This document shows positions 47,980 to 62,114 of a stretch of DNA of 64,000 bases, in pieces. The DNA comes from Octopus vulgaris. Lineage: Eukaryota. Each line of letters opens with the position of its first letter. The stretch's first letter is position 1. The stretch is from positions 43,710,001-43,774,000 of the forward strand of contig OX597827.1 of assembly GCA_951406725.2 (NCBI GenBank), written 5' to 3'. A program made the translations under genes and the position numbers. The notes below the pieces were generated by a model. It made no database searches, was not told the DNA's origin, and was given only the letters and a program-made list of their open reading frames with translations.

Positions 47980-48388
47980 GGCGCAGGAGTGGGTGTGTGG
48001 TAAGTAGCTTTCTTACCAACCACACGGTTCAGTGTTCAGTCCCACTGCGTGGCACCTTTTGCAAGTGACTTCTACTATAGCCTCGGGCCGACCAGAGCCT
48101 TGCTAATGGATTTGGTAGACGGAAACTGAAAGAAGCCCGTCGCATATATGTATATATATATGTATATATATGTGTGTTGGTGTGTGTGTATGATTGTGTG
48201 TCTGTGTTTGCCCCCCCCCCCCAACATCGATTGACAACCGATACTGGTGTGTTTATGTCCCCGTAACTTAGTAGTTCGGCAAAAGAGACCGATAGAATAA
48301 GTACTAAGCATACAAAGAATAAGTCCTGGGGTCGATTTGCTCGACTAAAGGCGGTGCTCCAGCATGAAACAAGTTAAAGAGTAAAGAG

Positions 48389-48390
<2 letters not shown>
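47980..48390 (+). mobile_element. near full-length family 1 SINE
   Basis: matches 33127-33518, with a small 3' deletion. Confidence 0.92.
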
Positions 48391-48419
<29 letters not shown>

Positions 48420-48428
48420 GATTACACT

Positions 48429-48480
<52 letters not shown>

Positions 48481-48879
48481 AACCAGTGTAATCCGAATGA
48501 GGATAAACTGAAGAAAAGAACAGCTGGTTGCCGTATCAGCGTGAATGAAAATTCAATAATATATTCTTTAAAAAAAGCAATGAAACAAATAAATAACTAA
48601 AATACAAAGTGGATATATTAGTTTCACGCCTGAATGAATAGGAATTTACGACTATCCCTACGCTTCCTCTAAGGAAAAAAAGTATAAACAGGATGGAAAA
48701 GCCGAGTAAGTTGCATCGCGTATGTTTTAATTATTAGCCGTGTTGAAAAGAGAAGATTTAGCGGGGGAAAAGGCGGGAAGTAATTTTACAGTTAAGCGAA
48801 AGGCAATATAGGAAAGTAAAGTGCGAACGACTGTGTAAGAGTTTGCGCCGTTTTGTTTAACGTATCTTTTATTTTCTGT

Positions 48880-49068
48880 CTCTTTACTTCTTTCAGTTAT
48901 TGGACGGCAGGCATGATGGAGCACCGCCTTGAAGGGTTTGTCGAACAAGTTGACCCCAATACGGATCTGCTTTTTTTTAAGCTTGGTATTTACTACATTG
49001 GTCTTTAAGTTACGGTAACGTAAACAAACCGTCACCTGTTGTAAATCGGTGGTGGAAGAAACACACAA
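48880..49068 (-). mobile_element. diverged SINE tail related to family 1
   Basis: tttcagttattggacggcaggcatgatggagcaccgccttgaag; similar old copies at ~9790-9990, 16290-16450 and 56215-56375. Confidence 0.6.
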
Positions 49069-49115
49069 CACAAATATATGACAGGTTTATATATATATAT
49101 ATATATAAGTATATA

Positions 49116-49205
<90 letters not shown>

Positions 49206-49280
49206 TATGTCTATGTGCGTGTATGTATTTGTGTGTGTACATATAACTGTGTGTACGTATATATATATATATATATATAT

Positions 49281-49796
49281 TAAGCAATTAAGGGTTTAGC
49301 AACGAATTGCCTCACCACACACCGAATTTAGAAATAGCAGTCAAAGAGTTATAGCTATTCTTTCTACTAAAAGGGAGATCTCAGTAAAAATACAGCACTT
49401 GAATGGCAAACACAGACAGGTAAGAGAGAATGAAATGACGGCAATCTATCATACAATTTTAAGTCACCTACGGACGTACGTTTCGAAATCAAGTTTTAGG
49501 AAAGCATAAGAATTAGATAATTCTACCTTACCCAAACTTCTTTTCTCATCAGCGTAGGATACTACAATTATGAATAATTGTATATTAAATTTTGAGATCT
49601 CCCTTTTAGTAGAAAGAATAGCTATAACTCTTTGACTGCTATTTCTAAATTCGGTGTGTGGTGAGGCAATTCGTTGCTAAACCCTTAATTGCTTAGTATT
49701 ACTTAAATTTTCCTCGAATGAGGCTTTTACATGCCGAAATCTACTTGGTGTAATTAATAATTATTCCAAATTAATTAATTTCACCCTTTATTGTTA

Positions 49797-49800
<4 letters not shown>
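49281..49800 (-). mobile_element. non-coding fold-back element (Penelope pseudo-LTR / retrozyme-like) in (TA)n
   Basis: 103-bp inverted repeat 49281-49383 / 49593-49695, identical by eye; hammerhead in the spacer; (TA)n on both flanks. Confidence 0.85.
49467..49558 (-). ncRNA. canonical type I hammerhead ribozyme
   Basis: minus strand cctacg-CTGATGA-gaaa...tttc-GAAA-cgtac-GTC-cgtagg: 6-bp stem I, G-C closed 61-nt stem II, palindromic acgtacgt stem III, GUC site. Confidence 0.92.
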
Positions 49801-49864
<64 letters not shown>

Positions 49865-50713
49865 AGTGTATGTGTGTTTGTATATATATGTGTGTGTGTG
49901 TATGTATGTATACTTCACTTAACGATAGCATTATCAAGCCCTTTAGAAACTTCTCTCTAAGCAACAATAGATCGCCTACTACAAGCTATTTCTGCTCAGT
50001 TGATCATACCTCTCACAAGTTCTTCGTTTCACAGTTTTGTCTCATTCATTTCCCGCTTCAACTTGAGCAACATCTCATCTTTTAACTCAGAACATTTTTT
50101 TCGTATTATTTAATCTTAGCTGACGATGGCTATTTCAATCCTCGTATTCGGCAGTCTGTGCTTATGCGCAAGCAAACCATTTGGGGCTGTCATATCCGCG
50201 TATGTGTAAGGCACACACACATGGTAACGGTGACAATTAAAGATTATTGCTGAGCTTATGACAGCGTTGACCAGTTTTAGCCTGTTAGTTTGCTGTCTGT
50301 AGTTGAGTCCCAGCCAGTACGATCTTTTGTCAGTTGATCCAATCTATCAGTGGTGTGTGTGTGTGTACGTGTGTGTGTGTATGTGTGTGTGTGTGTGTTT
50401 GTGTACGTGTGTGTGTGTGTGCTTGTGTTTGTATGTGTGTTTGCGTTTGTGTGTGTTTGCATATCTGTGTGTATGTATGTGTGTACAGATATGCGGCAGT
50501 TCTCTGAAGATTCTCCGTCTCCCAAATCCCGCATACAATTCCACTTACAATGTATTGATCAACTCGAGACCGGAGTGGAAGTCACTTGTTGAAGGCGCCA
50601 TACAATTGAATGACATTTGGAAACACGTGATTGCAAAACGAATTTCCCAAACCCGGCTGTCATTCCTGCACGAACTCTTCATAGACATCTAACAATTTGT
50701 GCGTGCATGTGTT

Positions 50714-50756
<43 letters not shown>

Positions 50757-51837
50757 GAGAGAGAGGAGAGATAGAGAGAAGGAGAGAGAGAGAGAGAGAG
50801 AGTATGTGTTAAAATGTACACAGAGACAAAGAGTCCGAGTAAAAGTTGTGTGGTGGTCTCTGTCCCCAAATAATTACAGGGAAGTCTTTGGATTAGTATA
50901 CTTTCGTAAACAGTGAGTTTAAAAAGAATCTTATTTTTAGGGTCCGTTGCTAGATTTCTCTTAGATTCCTCTAATTTCTCTAGCTTCGACAGAGAGAGAA
51001 TATTTCTTTTCCCAATACAGCATACATTTAATTTCTCAGAACACGGGAACTGTTCTTGTCATATAACGAGTGGACCCGTTTACGAACGACAATTTGGTGG
51101 GTAATCGAAAACATTACCAATTATATAAGATGCGAGCGCTTCACGGCACAATTGAATTATGAGGCAATGTTTGATTGTTGATTCTTCTAAACACAGAGTT
51201 TTAAAGATTAAAGATTCCGTTTAAAGTATTAGCTAACAGATTGGCTCGTGGCTCTTTTGAAATTCTGGGAAGATTTATGTAGTACAATTTCCGTTTCATG
51301 TTGATATGTCGTTGAAAGAGTTGAGTGTGGATCTGTTTTCGATGGAGTTCGTTCCGAACGAAATTACATCAGTGGCAAATGTACGTAAAACTATTTATTA
51401 TCGGTACTTAGCGGTATATCAGAGAGTTTTTCTGGTTCTGTTAGTGTCTTCAAGAATTAAATAGTCGGAATTATGGCATGACGTATGCTTCATAGATAGA
51501 TAGACAAAGAGAAAGAGAGAGAGAGAGAGAGATAAAGAGAAACAGAGAGAATGGCTACCTAACGGAAACGTGCAACAAAACTGCTACCAAATCTACAACC
51601 ATCTCTATTACCACGACTACTACCATCACCAGCACCACCACCATTACCACCGCCACTACTACCACTGCTATTATTACCACAAACAATAACGACAGCGTTG
51701 ACAATATCAGTAAGAGAAGCACTAATGAGGTAAGGCATATTATACGTGTGTGTATGCGTGTATGTATGTGTATAGATAAAAACAGATATAAACATATATA
51801 CATATATATGTATATGCACATATATATATATATACAT

Positions 51838-51894
<57 letters not shown>

Positions 51895-51960
51895 CATATA
51901 CATATATATATACATATATATATATACATATATATGTATATGCACATATATATATACATG

Positions 51961-52028
<68 letters not shown>

Positions 52029-52247
52029 CATATATAATGTCCGTATCCACTGCATGCATCACAGATTAAAAAGAATCGTTAAAGGCAGGGAAATAACCGA
52101 AGCTGATTTTTATTATCTCAGTTCTACATGACAAGACTGAAATACAGCATTTTAATGCGCACTAAACAAACACACAAATCAAGCACACACATACACACAC
52201 ATTGACAAACACACACACACGTTTATACCAATACACATACACACACA

Positions 52248-52308
<61 letters not shown>

Positions 52309-52521
52309 TTATATACATACATACGGGCAATGATACGTAGAAATGAATATAAACATATCGTTTGCAAGAGATCGCGTAAGACTCATTTAAAGCGACCGTG
52401 TGTTGTATGTGCGTGAAGTTTCCTATTGATATGCTGATACGCTGCAACTTAAAACTTTGCGTTTGGAAGCTTTTCCGAGATATTTAGACGTGTGATATAT
52501 GTACGTATGGACATACATACA

Positions 52522-52611
<90 letters not shown>

Positions 52612-52615
52612 TATC

Positions 52616-52651
<36 letters not shown>

Positions 52652-52753
52652 TACATATAAAAATGATGTATAAATATGTACTGTATATATATATACATAT
52701 ATATATATATACATATATACATATATATACATATATATATATATATAAAATAC

Positions 52754-52808
<55 letters not shown>

Positions 52809-52931
52809 AGGGTACTACTATTCATAGATACCACACGCTAAAGAGGGACCAATGCGGTCAAAACTACTAAAATAAACAAAATTTTACCGAATGCAAAACT
52901 TCAAAGCAAATCATTTAAAAAAAAGAATTTT

Positions 52932-52977
<46 letters not shown>

Positions 52978-53129
52978 GTTTGTATATATATCTTTTTATA
53001 TATCCATATTTTTATATATCTATATTTTTAAATATAGGATAAAATCTTTATAAGAATTTATCAAGTGGTTAGCGTGAAAAACTTCATAAAAGAAAAATCC
53101 ACCAATTTTTCTCTTAAATATATTTATTT

Positions 53130-53223
53130 ATATTATATAGAGGGCATTACTATACATTACTATACTTTAAGAGTCCTTCCTATCGTATGGCATTTATGTT
53201 TAGTAATGCCCTCTATATAATAT
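53130..53223. repeat. 23-bp perfect inverted repeat in TA-rich context
   Basis: atattatatagagggcattacta / tagtaatgccctctatataatat; related diverged copy at 52808-52850. Confidence 0.75.
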
Positions 53224-53264
53224 CTATATCTATATCTATATATACGTACATGTATGTATGACTG

Positions 53265-53308
<44 letters not shown>

Positions 53309-53312
53309 ATGA

Positions 53313-53363
<51 letters not shown>

Positions 53364-53504
53364 TATAAATATATATACATAGTTATATAAATACATATGT
53401 GTTCGTACGTGTGTGTGTTTGTGTGTTATCGAACACACATATATAATGATGCATGTGCGTTGCCAGTTCGCCGGTCGGCTGCAACTCGACGGCTTATCAG
53501 CATC

Positions 53505-53610
<106 letters not shown>

Positions 53611-53647
53611 TAGATATAGATACAGATATATATACATATATACATAG

Positions 53648-53708
<61 letters not shown>

Positions 53709-54549
53709 CATCCAATGACTCATGCGCATCAATATGTGTGTGTTATAATTATGCATGTATATGCTTATGCGCATGCTTACATTTAAGTTTTAAGTGCCGT
53801 GTGTACAGATAAATGGTCGTATGTATACACGAATGGATGGACGGATGAATCGATGGATTGATGGATCAATAAATGACTACGGATGAGCATAGAGGTGAGA
53901 AGACGGTCGATTGTCGATTTACTGGCCAATGGCTTGCATCTTCCTGCTGCATTGTCGTTATGTGTATAGATTAAAACACCCGAACGAAGGACGATGTTAA
54001 AGTGACTTTAAAGAAATACATACTTGTTTGGTCAAGCTTTATGAAAACACAAGTTGCATTTGTCCAGAGGAAGATGAGGATGGAAAGAGAGGTAATATTG
54101 TCCAACGAATTTGGGTCAAGTCGGATGCGACAAGCAAGAAGCGAGAGGCGAGAAGCGAGAATGGTGTCTGTGAATGCACTTCTAGGCTGTAATACACGCC
54201 TGCTTTCGAAAAGATAATTTGGTATACTTGGGGGTGCTTTAATTGGCCCTAAATAGCGGTGTTAAAATCTGGAGCCTCTAACATAATTGTATACTGTCTA
54301 CTCTATTACTGATTTTCCATTCGACTGATTTCCGCATAAACCTTTGCAGTGTTCTAATTTTATCGGTTTATATGACTATACAGGTGAACGTCGAATCGAA
54401 AATCTAGTAGACAACAATCCTCGACCCCGATAGATTTTTCACATCGAAAGAATATTCTTTTTTTTTTTTTGTTATTTTGTAACGTGTCCCTGAAATTTCC
54501 ATTCATCCAACACTCCGATGGTAATAATATATTTATTATTATTATTATC

Positions 54550-54709
<160 letters not shown>

Positions 54710-55499
54710 TCATATACACACAATAGATTACACCGATGGAAAATAAAAGTTCATAACATCGGGCAATAACAAGTAACCTTAGATGTCAAGAACCCTCCAA
54801 AGTCGGACAAAATGGTCAGCGGCATTTCTTCAGTTTTTTACGTTCTGAGTTCAAACTCCGACTTTGCCGTTCATCCTTCTGGGGCTGATAAAATCTACAC
54901 CAGTGTAGCACTGGGGTTGTTGCAAAAATTTCTCCCCCTGTGTAGAAATTTGAAACCATTAGCAAAATCGAGAAAACATCAAAGAAAAATACCTTGCAGT
55001 GGTTGATCAGGGACTTTAGGTTCTGAGTTCAAACACCCCACGAAATCAACTTTTCCTTTCACCCCTCTTGATATAAGCGAAGAAATATTTTATCCATTAT
55101 AACACCTACTGCAGCACTTGAGATACACAATGTAGCATTAAAACGTATGCTTTACTTCTAGCGCACTCCTCACTTTGACCAAGCACTTATATTGAACACA
55201 CATTTACAATATAATGTTTCGTTAAGAAGCTACGAGAGAGCCTTACAATGAGACCCCATTGTGCTGAATTCAGCAACCAATTAACCACAAGTCTAACACT
55301 ACCGTCTTGATATTCGAGACGCACCGATAATGTATCCATAGATATGCTATTTCTGGAAGAAAACAAGACGTGTTCGTCACGGCAAAAACGCCCTGATTAT
55401 ATTACTCTGCTCAGAGATAAATAGAACCTAAACAATAATTTCTTTTCTCTAATTTTTTTTTCACAAGTACAGCAATTTTGATCGACCTCTCCCTTCGAA

Positions 55500-55672
55500 G
55501 AAGAGAAAAGTGTAGATTACACCGAAGCCAGTGTTCAACTGCAACTTATTTTATTGATTCCGAAACGATGAAAGGCAAAGTTGATCTCGGCTGAAATTTG
55601 AATTCAGAAAGTAAAAAATCAGAAGAAATCCGGCAAAACATTTTGTCCGGTGTGATACAATTTCTGCCAACT
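55500..55672 (-). mobile_element. diverged SINE family 2
   Basis: gatgaaaggcaaagttgatctcggctgaaatttgaattcagaa; another old copy on + at ~54805-54960. Confidence 0.7.
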
Positions 55673-56063
55673 TTGGTTTCAAATTTTGGCACAAGGCCAG
55701 CAATATCATGGGGTGGGTGGATTAGTGTTAGATTTTACTGACCCGGAAAAGATGAAAGGTAAAGATCACATTGTTTGCATGGTAGAAGTAGCAGGTCAAA
55801 TCAACCTATGATGAGATCCATGACTTAACTAGAGAAGAGGTTGTTGTGCTTTGTACTCTGGGCTTCTATGCTGTTTCCGTCAACTCAGATTCACTTACAA
55901 AGTACGAGTCGACTGTACTATAGAAACGTTATTGAACTCAGGATTTCGTGGTTGTGAAGTGAACTTCTTAACCAGTCAACAATAGTGCACCTACAGTCGG
56001 ATATCATATATACATACATACACACACACACACACACATACACACGCACACACACACACACAA

Positions 56064-56097
<34 letters not shown>

Positions 56098-56102
56098 TTC
56101 AC

Positions 56103-56385
56103 TCTTTTACTGGTTTCAGTCATTTGACTGCGGCCATGCTGGAGCACCGCTTTTAGTCGAGCAAATCGACCCCAGGACTTATTCTTTGTAAGCCTAGTAC
56201 TTATTCAGTCATTAGATTACAGCCATGCTGGAGCACCGCCTTCATTAATTTTAGTCGACTGAATAAACTCCAGTGTTTTTTAAGCATCATACTTATTCTA
56301 TCGATATCTTTTGCCAAACCACTAAGTTACGGGGACGTAACCACACCACCACCGGTTGTCAAGTGGTGGTGGACACACACACACA
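56103..56385 (-). mobile_element. two adjacent SINE tail fragments (family 1 and a relative)
   Basis: cagtcatttgactgcggccatgctggagcaccgc-like sequence at 56117 and again at ~56206. Confidence 0.8.
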
Positions 56386-56415
56386 CTCAAAGTTATATGT
56401 ATACATATATTTATT

Positions 56416-57084
56416 TATAAAGGGTCGTTGGTAAGGCCAAAACAATGCGAAGTAAATGCAAGGTAAATCACAAGAAAACAAATATGTGATTTAATGTAGA
56501 CTTACCTTGTATTCAATATTTCAGGTTTATGACCCCATTTTCAAGAAATTGACGAATGTTGCCGATGTGCATGAGTGTGAGCGTGTGTGGAGGGGACATG
56601 CGCAGGAAGTGTTGCTATATGAGATCATCTGTGGCAAAAGTGGCTCATCCTACATAAGTACCACGACAAGAAAACTGCATATACGCATTAAGGAACACAT
56701 GCAGACAGACACTTCCGTGAAGAAACATCTACGGAAATGCCAGACCCGGGAATTCACAGTGCACATCAAGACAACAGAGCGGAACAGGGGCAACCTTAGA
56801 ATCTCTGAGGCCATCCACATACACCAAAAGAATCCCAAGATCGACAACAGAAGAGAGTTACAGGAAGTTAGCTGGTTGCTATAGCAACACCTTCCCGCGC
56901 ATATCCACTCCACACATGCTCACACACAGGCACATCGGCAACATTCAACTATTTCTTGAAAATGGGGTCATAACCCCGAAATATTGAATACAAAGTAAGT
57001 CTACATTAATTCACATATTGGTTTTCTTGTGATTTACCTTGCATTTACTTCGCATTGTTTTAACCTTACCCACGATCCTTTATA
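56416..57084 (+). mobile_element. truncated Penelope-like element: GIY-YIG fragment between inverted pseudo-LTRs
   Basis: 56416-56619 is a diverged inverted copy of 56880-57084; the right arm has a degenerate hammerhead ttc-TTGAAAA-tgggg-tcataa-cccc-GAAA-tatt-gaa (56953-56988). Confidence 0.88.
56618..56884 (+). pseudogene. Penelope GIY-YIG endonuclease C-terminal fragment
   Basis: YEIICGKSGSSYISTTTRKLHIRIKEH...LRISEAIHIHQKNPKIDNRRE matches the PLE pattern YxIxC..C..YIGxTxRxLxxRxxEH...EAxxI...PxIN. Confidence 0.85.
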
Positions 57085-57266
57085 CACATATATAGTCTAC
57101 ACAATGCTTCGTAGTAATATTCCATTATATATATATATATATATATATATATAAGAGATAATGGTGTCATTGAGACCCAAAGGTGTCAGGTAATGCTGAA
57201 TAAGTGCTAAAGACAGACCATAGTTAAGTTCCAGATTCGGTAATATTACAAATACAGGGTTCAACG

Positions 57267-57597
57267 TTGGGCAAGTGTCTTCTACTATAGCCTCGGGCCG
57301 ACCAAAGCCTTGTGAGTGGATTTGGTAGACGGAAACTGAAAGAAGCCCGTCGTGTATATGTGTGTATGTATATGTTTGTGTGTCTGTGTTTGTCCTCCCA
57401 ACATTGCTTGACAACCGATGCTGGTGTGTTTACGTTCACCTCACATAGCGGTTCGGCAAGAGAGATAGATAGAATAAGTACTAGGCTTACAAAGAATAAG
57501 TCCTGGGGTCGATTAGCTCGACTACAAAGGCGGTGCTCCAGCATGGCCGCAGTCAAATGACTGAAACAAATAAAATAAAAAGAAAAAGAATAAAGTA
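57267..57597 (+). mobile_element. 5'-truncated family 1 SINE
   Basis: starts at ttgggcaagtgtcttc; rest matches the full copies. Confidence 0.9.
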
Positions 57598-58422
57598 ACA
57601 CACATGTTTATATGGCTTGTGACAACAGGTCTGCAGGATCAAGGCTTTCCTAGGGCTAAGCAACAACAACAACAACAATAACAACTGCAACAACTAATTA
57701 AACACTAATATGAATTCTAATTGTTTTTGAACATTTATTTTGCTTTATAGTCTATAAAACTAATTCCTCTTTTTCCAAACATTTTGTTTTTACTTTTTAA
57801 GTATTAACTGACTATAATAATATTTATTCTTTATGATAATTAAATTAGTTTTCTTTAATATAATATAATATAAAATTATATTATACATACCCGCACACAC
57901 ACACACATATATATATATATATGTATATCTTATTTTTTTTAATTGATTAATTAATCAATAAAAAAAACTGAACTTTGAAAGTGAGAAAGAACATGTAATT
58001 AACAACTAATAGCGATATTCATTCTTCCCACAAATTTTTAAATTAATGTTTTAATTAAGTAATTAAATACAATTTTAAATTTAAATCTTGTTTTGTTTTT
58101 ACATGAGAAAAACGTACCAGGTTTTAGCAAATAAAACAAACGTTCAGTGTGTGCGTATATGCATATATATATATATATATACATGTTTGTATGTATGGAT
58201 GGATGTATGTATCTATGAATATGTAGGGAGGGGCGTGTGTGAGTCTGCTCAAGCAAGCCTTTAAAAATAAATATGTAGTTTATATATATTTTGTATAAGG
58301 TGGTTGACATATTTGTGTATGACCGACTAACATCATTACATAAATTTGTATATACGTACATGTTCCTACGTATAAATGTTTTTTTATGAATATTATTTGT
58401 TTATATATATATATACATATAC

Positions 58423-58459
<37 letters not shown>

Positions 58460-58460
58460 C

Positions 58461-58507
<47 letters not shown>

Positions 58508-58645
58508 GTTAACCCAAACATGAAAATACAAAGAGAAAACACAACAACGAGAGGACGTGGAACAAGTATAGTTTATTGGAGGCTCAGGAAAAGAAAGAAA
58601 GGAAAATTTAACGTTTCGAGCGGAGCTCTTCGTCGGAAACATAGG
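58508..58645 (-). mobile_element. Penelope pseudo-LTR-like remnant with minimal hammerhead motif (58606-58638)
   Basis: minus strand ttt-CCGACGA-a-gagc-tcc-gctc-GAAA-c-GTT-aaa; same family as 27900-28030; between (TA)n tracts. Confidence 0.65.
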
Positions 58646-59994
58646 AATATATATATATTATAAATATAATACTTTGATACGTCGCAGTATGAGTTTAATT
58701 CGTTCAATGACCGAGCTCGTCTTACGATTTACTCGTTTTACAAATCAAATTTCATCAATGGAATTAACAAAAAATATCATTAATTGGTTCCAGTCCCCCC
58801 AAAACACTCAAAAATAATTTTTTGAATTTTAAAACTGAAAATGTATAGTGAGAAGTAAAATGACAATTATAAAAAAGAGAATGCAAAAGACAATTATAAA
58901 CTGGTTTTATTAACTGAATTACCTTAAAGATTGGGACAATTTGTGTGCCCGTAATGCAGATTTCCTCTCGTACTTTAAGACAAAAATTCGCACGAATCTC
59001 GGCTTGTACAACAAATTACTCGTGCAATGGGGCACTCGTTCTGCGAGCTTCTACAGTATATGTATGTATGTTTATATATATGTGCGTATGTACATGCACT
59101 TATGTAGACTTAAATATATTTTAGTCGGGCATAGAAAAGTATGTAAAGCCTCTTACACAAAATATATATAAATCACACACACGCACACACATATACACTT
59201 ACAGATACATAGACACACAGACACACAAACACACGCACACACAAACACACGCACACACGCACACGCGCGCACACACACACATGTATAAATTCTTCTTACG
59301 TTTTTTTTATGCCTTTCATATTGTCGACTCCTAATTTAGAAAAAGGATATAGCAATATTGTGATTGACGTTGTTGCATGTCCCCATGTCGACCCTGATGA
59401 GACAGATATATGAAAAATTCATTCCAACCATGCCCATCCTGTCTTTAAACTATGTACACAGTACTCAGGAATGCATCACCCAGTCTTATTTATATTTTGG
59501 CAGTCGGATGCTATTTGAGGGAAATTTGGCTTCTATTTATAGCATGTCAAATGAGTACAAAGACGCTCATATATAGACCCCTAATATTATGATGAAATAG
59601 AGTGATAGACTTCCCGGCTTCAACCTTGCTGCATCGGCCGCAAACCCAGGTATCACCGCCCCTAACGCAGAAGAGATAAAGATAAAAAGATTTAAAGGAG
59701 CCTGACTGGCCGGTCGCCACCAAAATCTCAGGTGTCTTCGGATCTGCACTGCTGATTTCCTACACAAAATCAGGATATTAGTAGCCTATCTCAGAAATAA
59801 GTCCTGCTATTTGAGATAGCTGCAACAGCATGTGCTGCCGGTCATTCACCGTGACAACGTCTTTGCAATCCTGTCTGCGATGTACGGCTTATTTAATGCA
59901 GTTGATTTCTAAAAGGAATGAAAATAGTCATAAAAATTCATTATCAACAACTACAAATTTTACGAACTTCTTAATAACTAAAAGATATTTATTT

Positions 59995-60140
59995 GGCGTG
60001 GCTGTGTAGTAAGAAGCTTGCTTCCCAACCTCATGGTTCTGGGTTCAATCCCTCCACGTGGCACCTTGGCATGTGCCTTCTACTATAGCGTCGGACCGAC
60101 CAAAGCTTTGGGAGTGGATTTACTTAAACAGAAACTGAAA
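59995..60140 (+). mobile_element. family 1 SINE head
   Basis: ggcgtggctgtgtagtaag...gggttcaatccc...ggcaccttggc...ctactatagc. Confidence 0.8.
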
Positions 60141-60289
60141 CACACCAATTGTTCTGGGGTGTACAACCGTTACTCTCTTCCCACCATTTTCTACTGCTTA
60201 ATTCTTCTTTTTTATTCTCTATCTTTGTTTCCTTCGTGAGGTAGTTTTGGGGGGTTTTTTTCTGGATAATTTAACACGTTGCACAGTGT

Positions 60290-60410
60290 TTAGGATCGTG
60301 GGTTCGATTCTCAGACCGAGTGGCACATTGTGTTCTTGAGTAAAACACTTCATTTCACGTTGCTCCAGTCTACTCAGCTGCAAATGGGTAACCCTGCAAT
60401 GGACGAACCT
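60290..60410 (+). mobile_element. SINE family 3 fragment
   Basis: gatcgtgggttcgattctcagaccgag...ttgtgttcttgagtaaaacacttcatttcacgttgctcc. Confidence 0.7.
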
Positions 60411-60886
60411 TCAAAACGGGAGTGGGATTTTGCTGGCCTGCTTACGGGGTAGCATCGTACGAAAGCTAAAATGATGACAACAACATCCAGTGATCTGATC
60501 GGTGAGATACGAAACAGGATTATAAATTTGAGATTGCAATTCAGGAAATGTAAAAAAAAAAGATGCTTAGCATTCCTAGATCGAGATATGTTTTATTTTT
60601 ACTTAATAGAAAGGCCTTGAAAAAGGTGTAGTTGCTGATATCTCACTCCTTTTAGAAATCAACAGCATTATATACGCCATGACTTGTGTATTAACTATTC
60701 TATGAGGTGAAATATTGCACTAAGGAGGAAGATAATTACAATCTGCAGGGGATTCACGAAATACTTTTATATAAGCGTGTGTATGTATGCATCTGTATGC
60801 GTGCAGATTTGTGTGTACGTGTGTATGGGTACATAAGTATATAATTAAATAAGTATATGTATGTATGTATGTATGTATATATATAT

Positions 60887-60962
<76 letters not shown>

Positions 60963-61223
60963 CAGACTCGTTCTTTCCATTATATACCTTCATTTCGTCT
61001 TGTCCGATTGAAATGCCAGGAGTTCTTTCCCTTGCGCCTTTTGAGATTAATTCTCTTTCACCTCCTCAACATCATCAATATCATCAACATTAGCAAAATC
61101 CTAATCATCATCATCGTCATGATCATCAACATCATTATCATCATCATCATCATCATCATATTTTGTTCATCATTTCCTTCATATATATTATCAACATCAT
61201 TTACCTCCCCCTCACATCATCAT

Positions 61224-61306
<83 letters not shown>

Positions 61307-62114
61307 ATCCGCAGTCACCACCTTTCCCAGTATCATCATCATCATCGTCTACACCACGTATGGCACTTCATTTTCATCTACATAATCAGAATTATTTAAC
61401 CACCTCTTTGCATCATCATCATTACCATCATCGTGCTCATCATCACCATCCGCCATCATTGTCATTATCCTCTTTATCACCACTACTACCATCACTACCA
61501 CATCATCATCATCGTCGTCGTCGTCGTCGCCATAGTCATCCTACCCGTCATAGCCATCACGATCATCATTGTGATCATCAAGTTACTATGACGAATGCTC
61601 TATGGAACCGACAAGCAATTCACCGAAGCAATCCCGGGCGAAATTCGATCTTGAATGTTCTTTTCACTAAAGATCGATCCTCCAACTCCTGGTAACAAAC
61701 CTAAACAAACCCAAAGGAGCAACCACCGCGTAACCATTCGATAAGCTAGAAATAACAGCCAGATCTCGCCCACAAAAAAGAAACCTAGAGTCTTCGATTA
61801 AATAACAGCCACGTTAAATAATGTTGATTTCTATTCGACTGAAAAGGTGAGGTGGCCACGGTTACAATGCTTTTGATCAATAAGTCTGCACAATCAAGGT
61901 CCACCTGGTGTTTAACAATAACAACATCAGCATACATTTCTGCATCCTATTCACTCTACCCGTATGTAGTTACTATAGCGTTGTATGATCCACCCGCATC
62001 GACTTCATCTCTACGTTCTTTTCTATGATGTCAGTTACTAATGTAGCTAGGGCCGCTCACAACAATTTGTGTTTCTTTTAGCATAGCAAATTCAATAATC
62101 TAGCCCTTCTATTA

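Noticed and set aside
50119-50200. CTGACGA motif (also CTGAAGA at ~48508 and ~50504)
   Set aside because: No correctly placed GAAA or closing stem II
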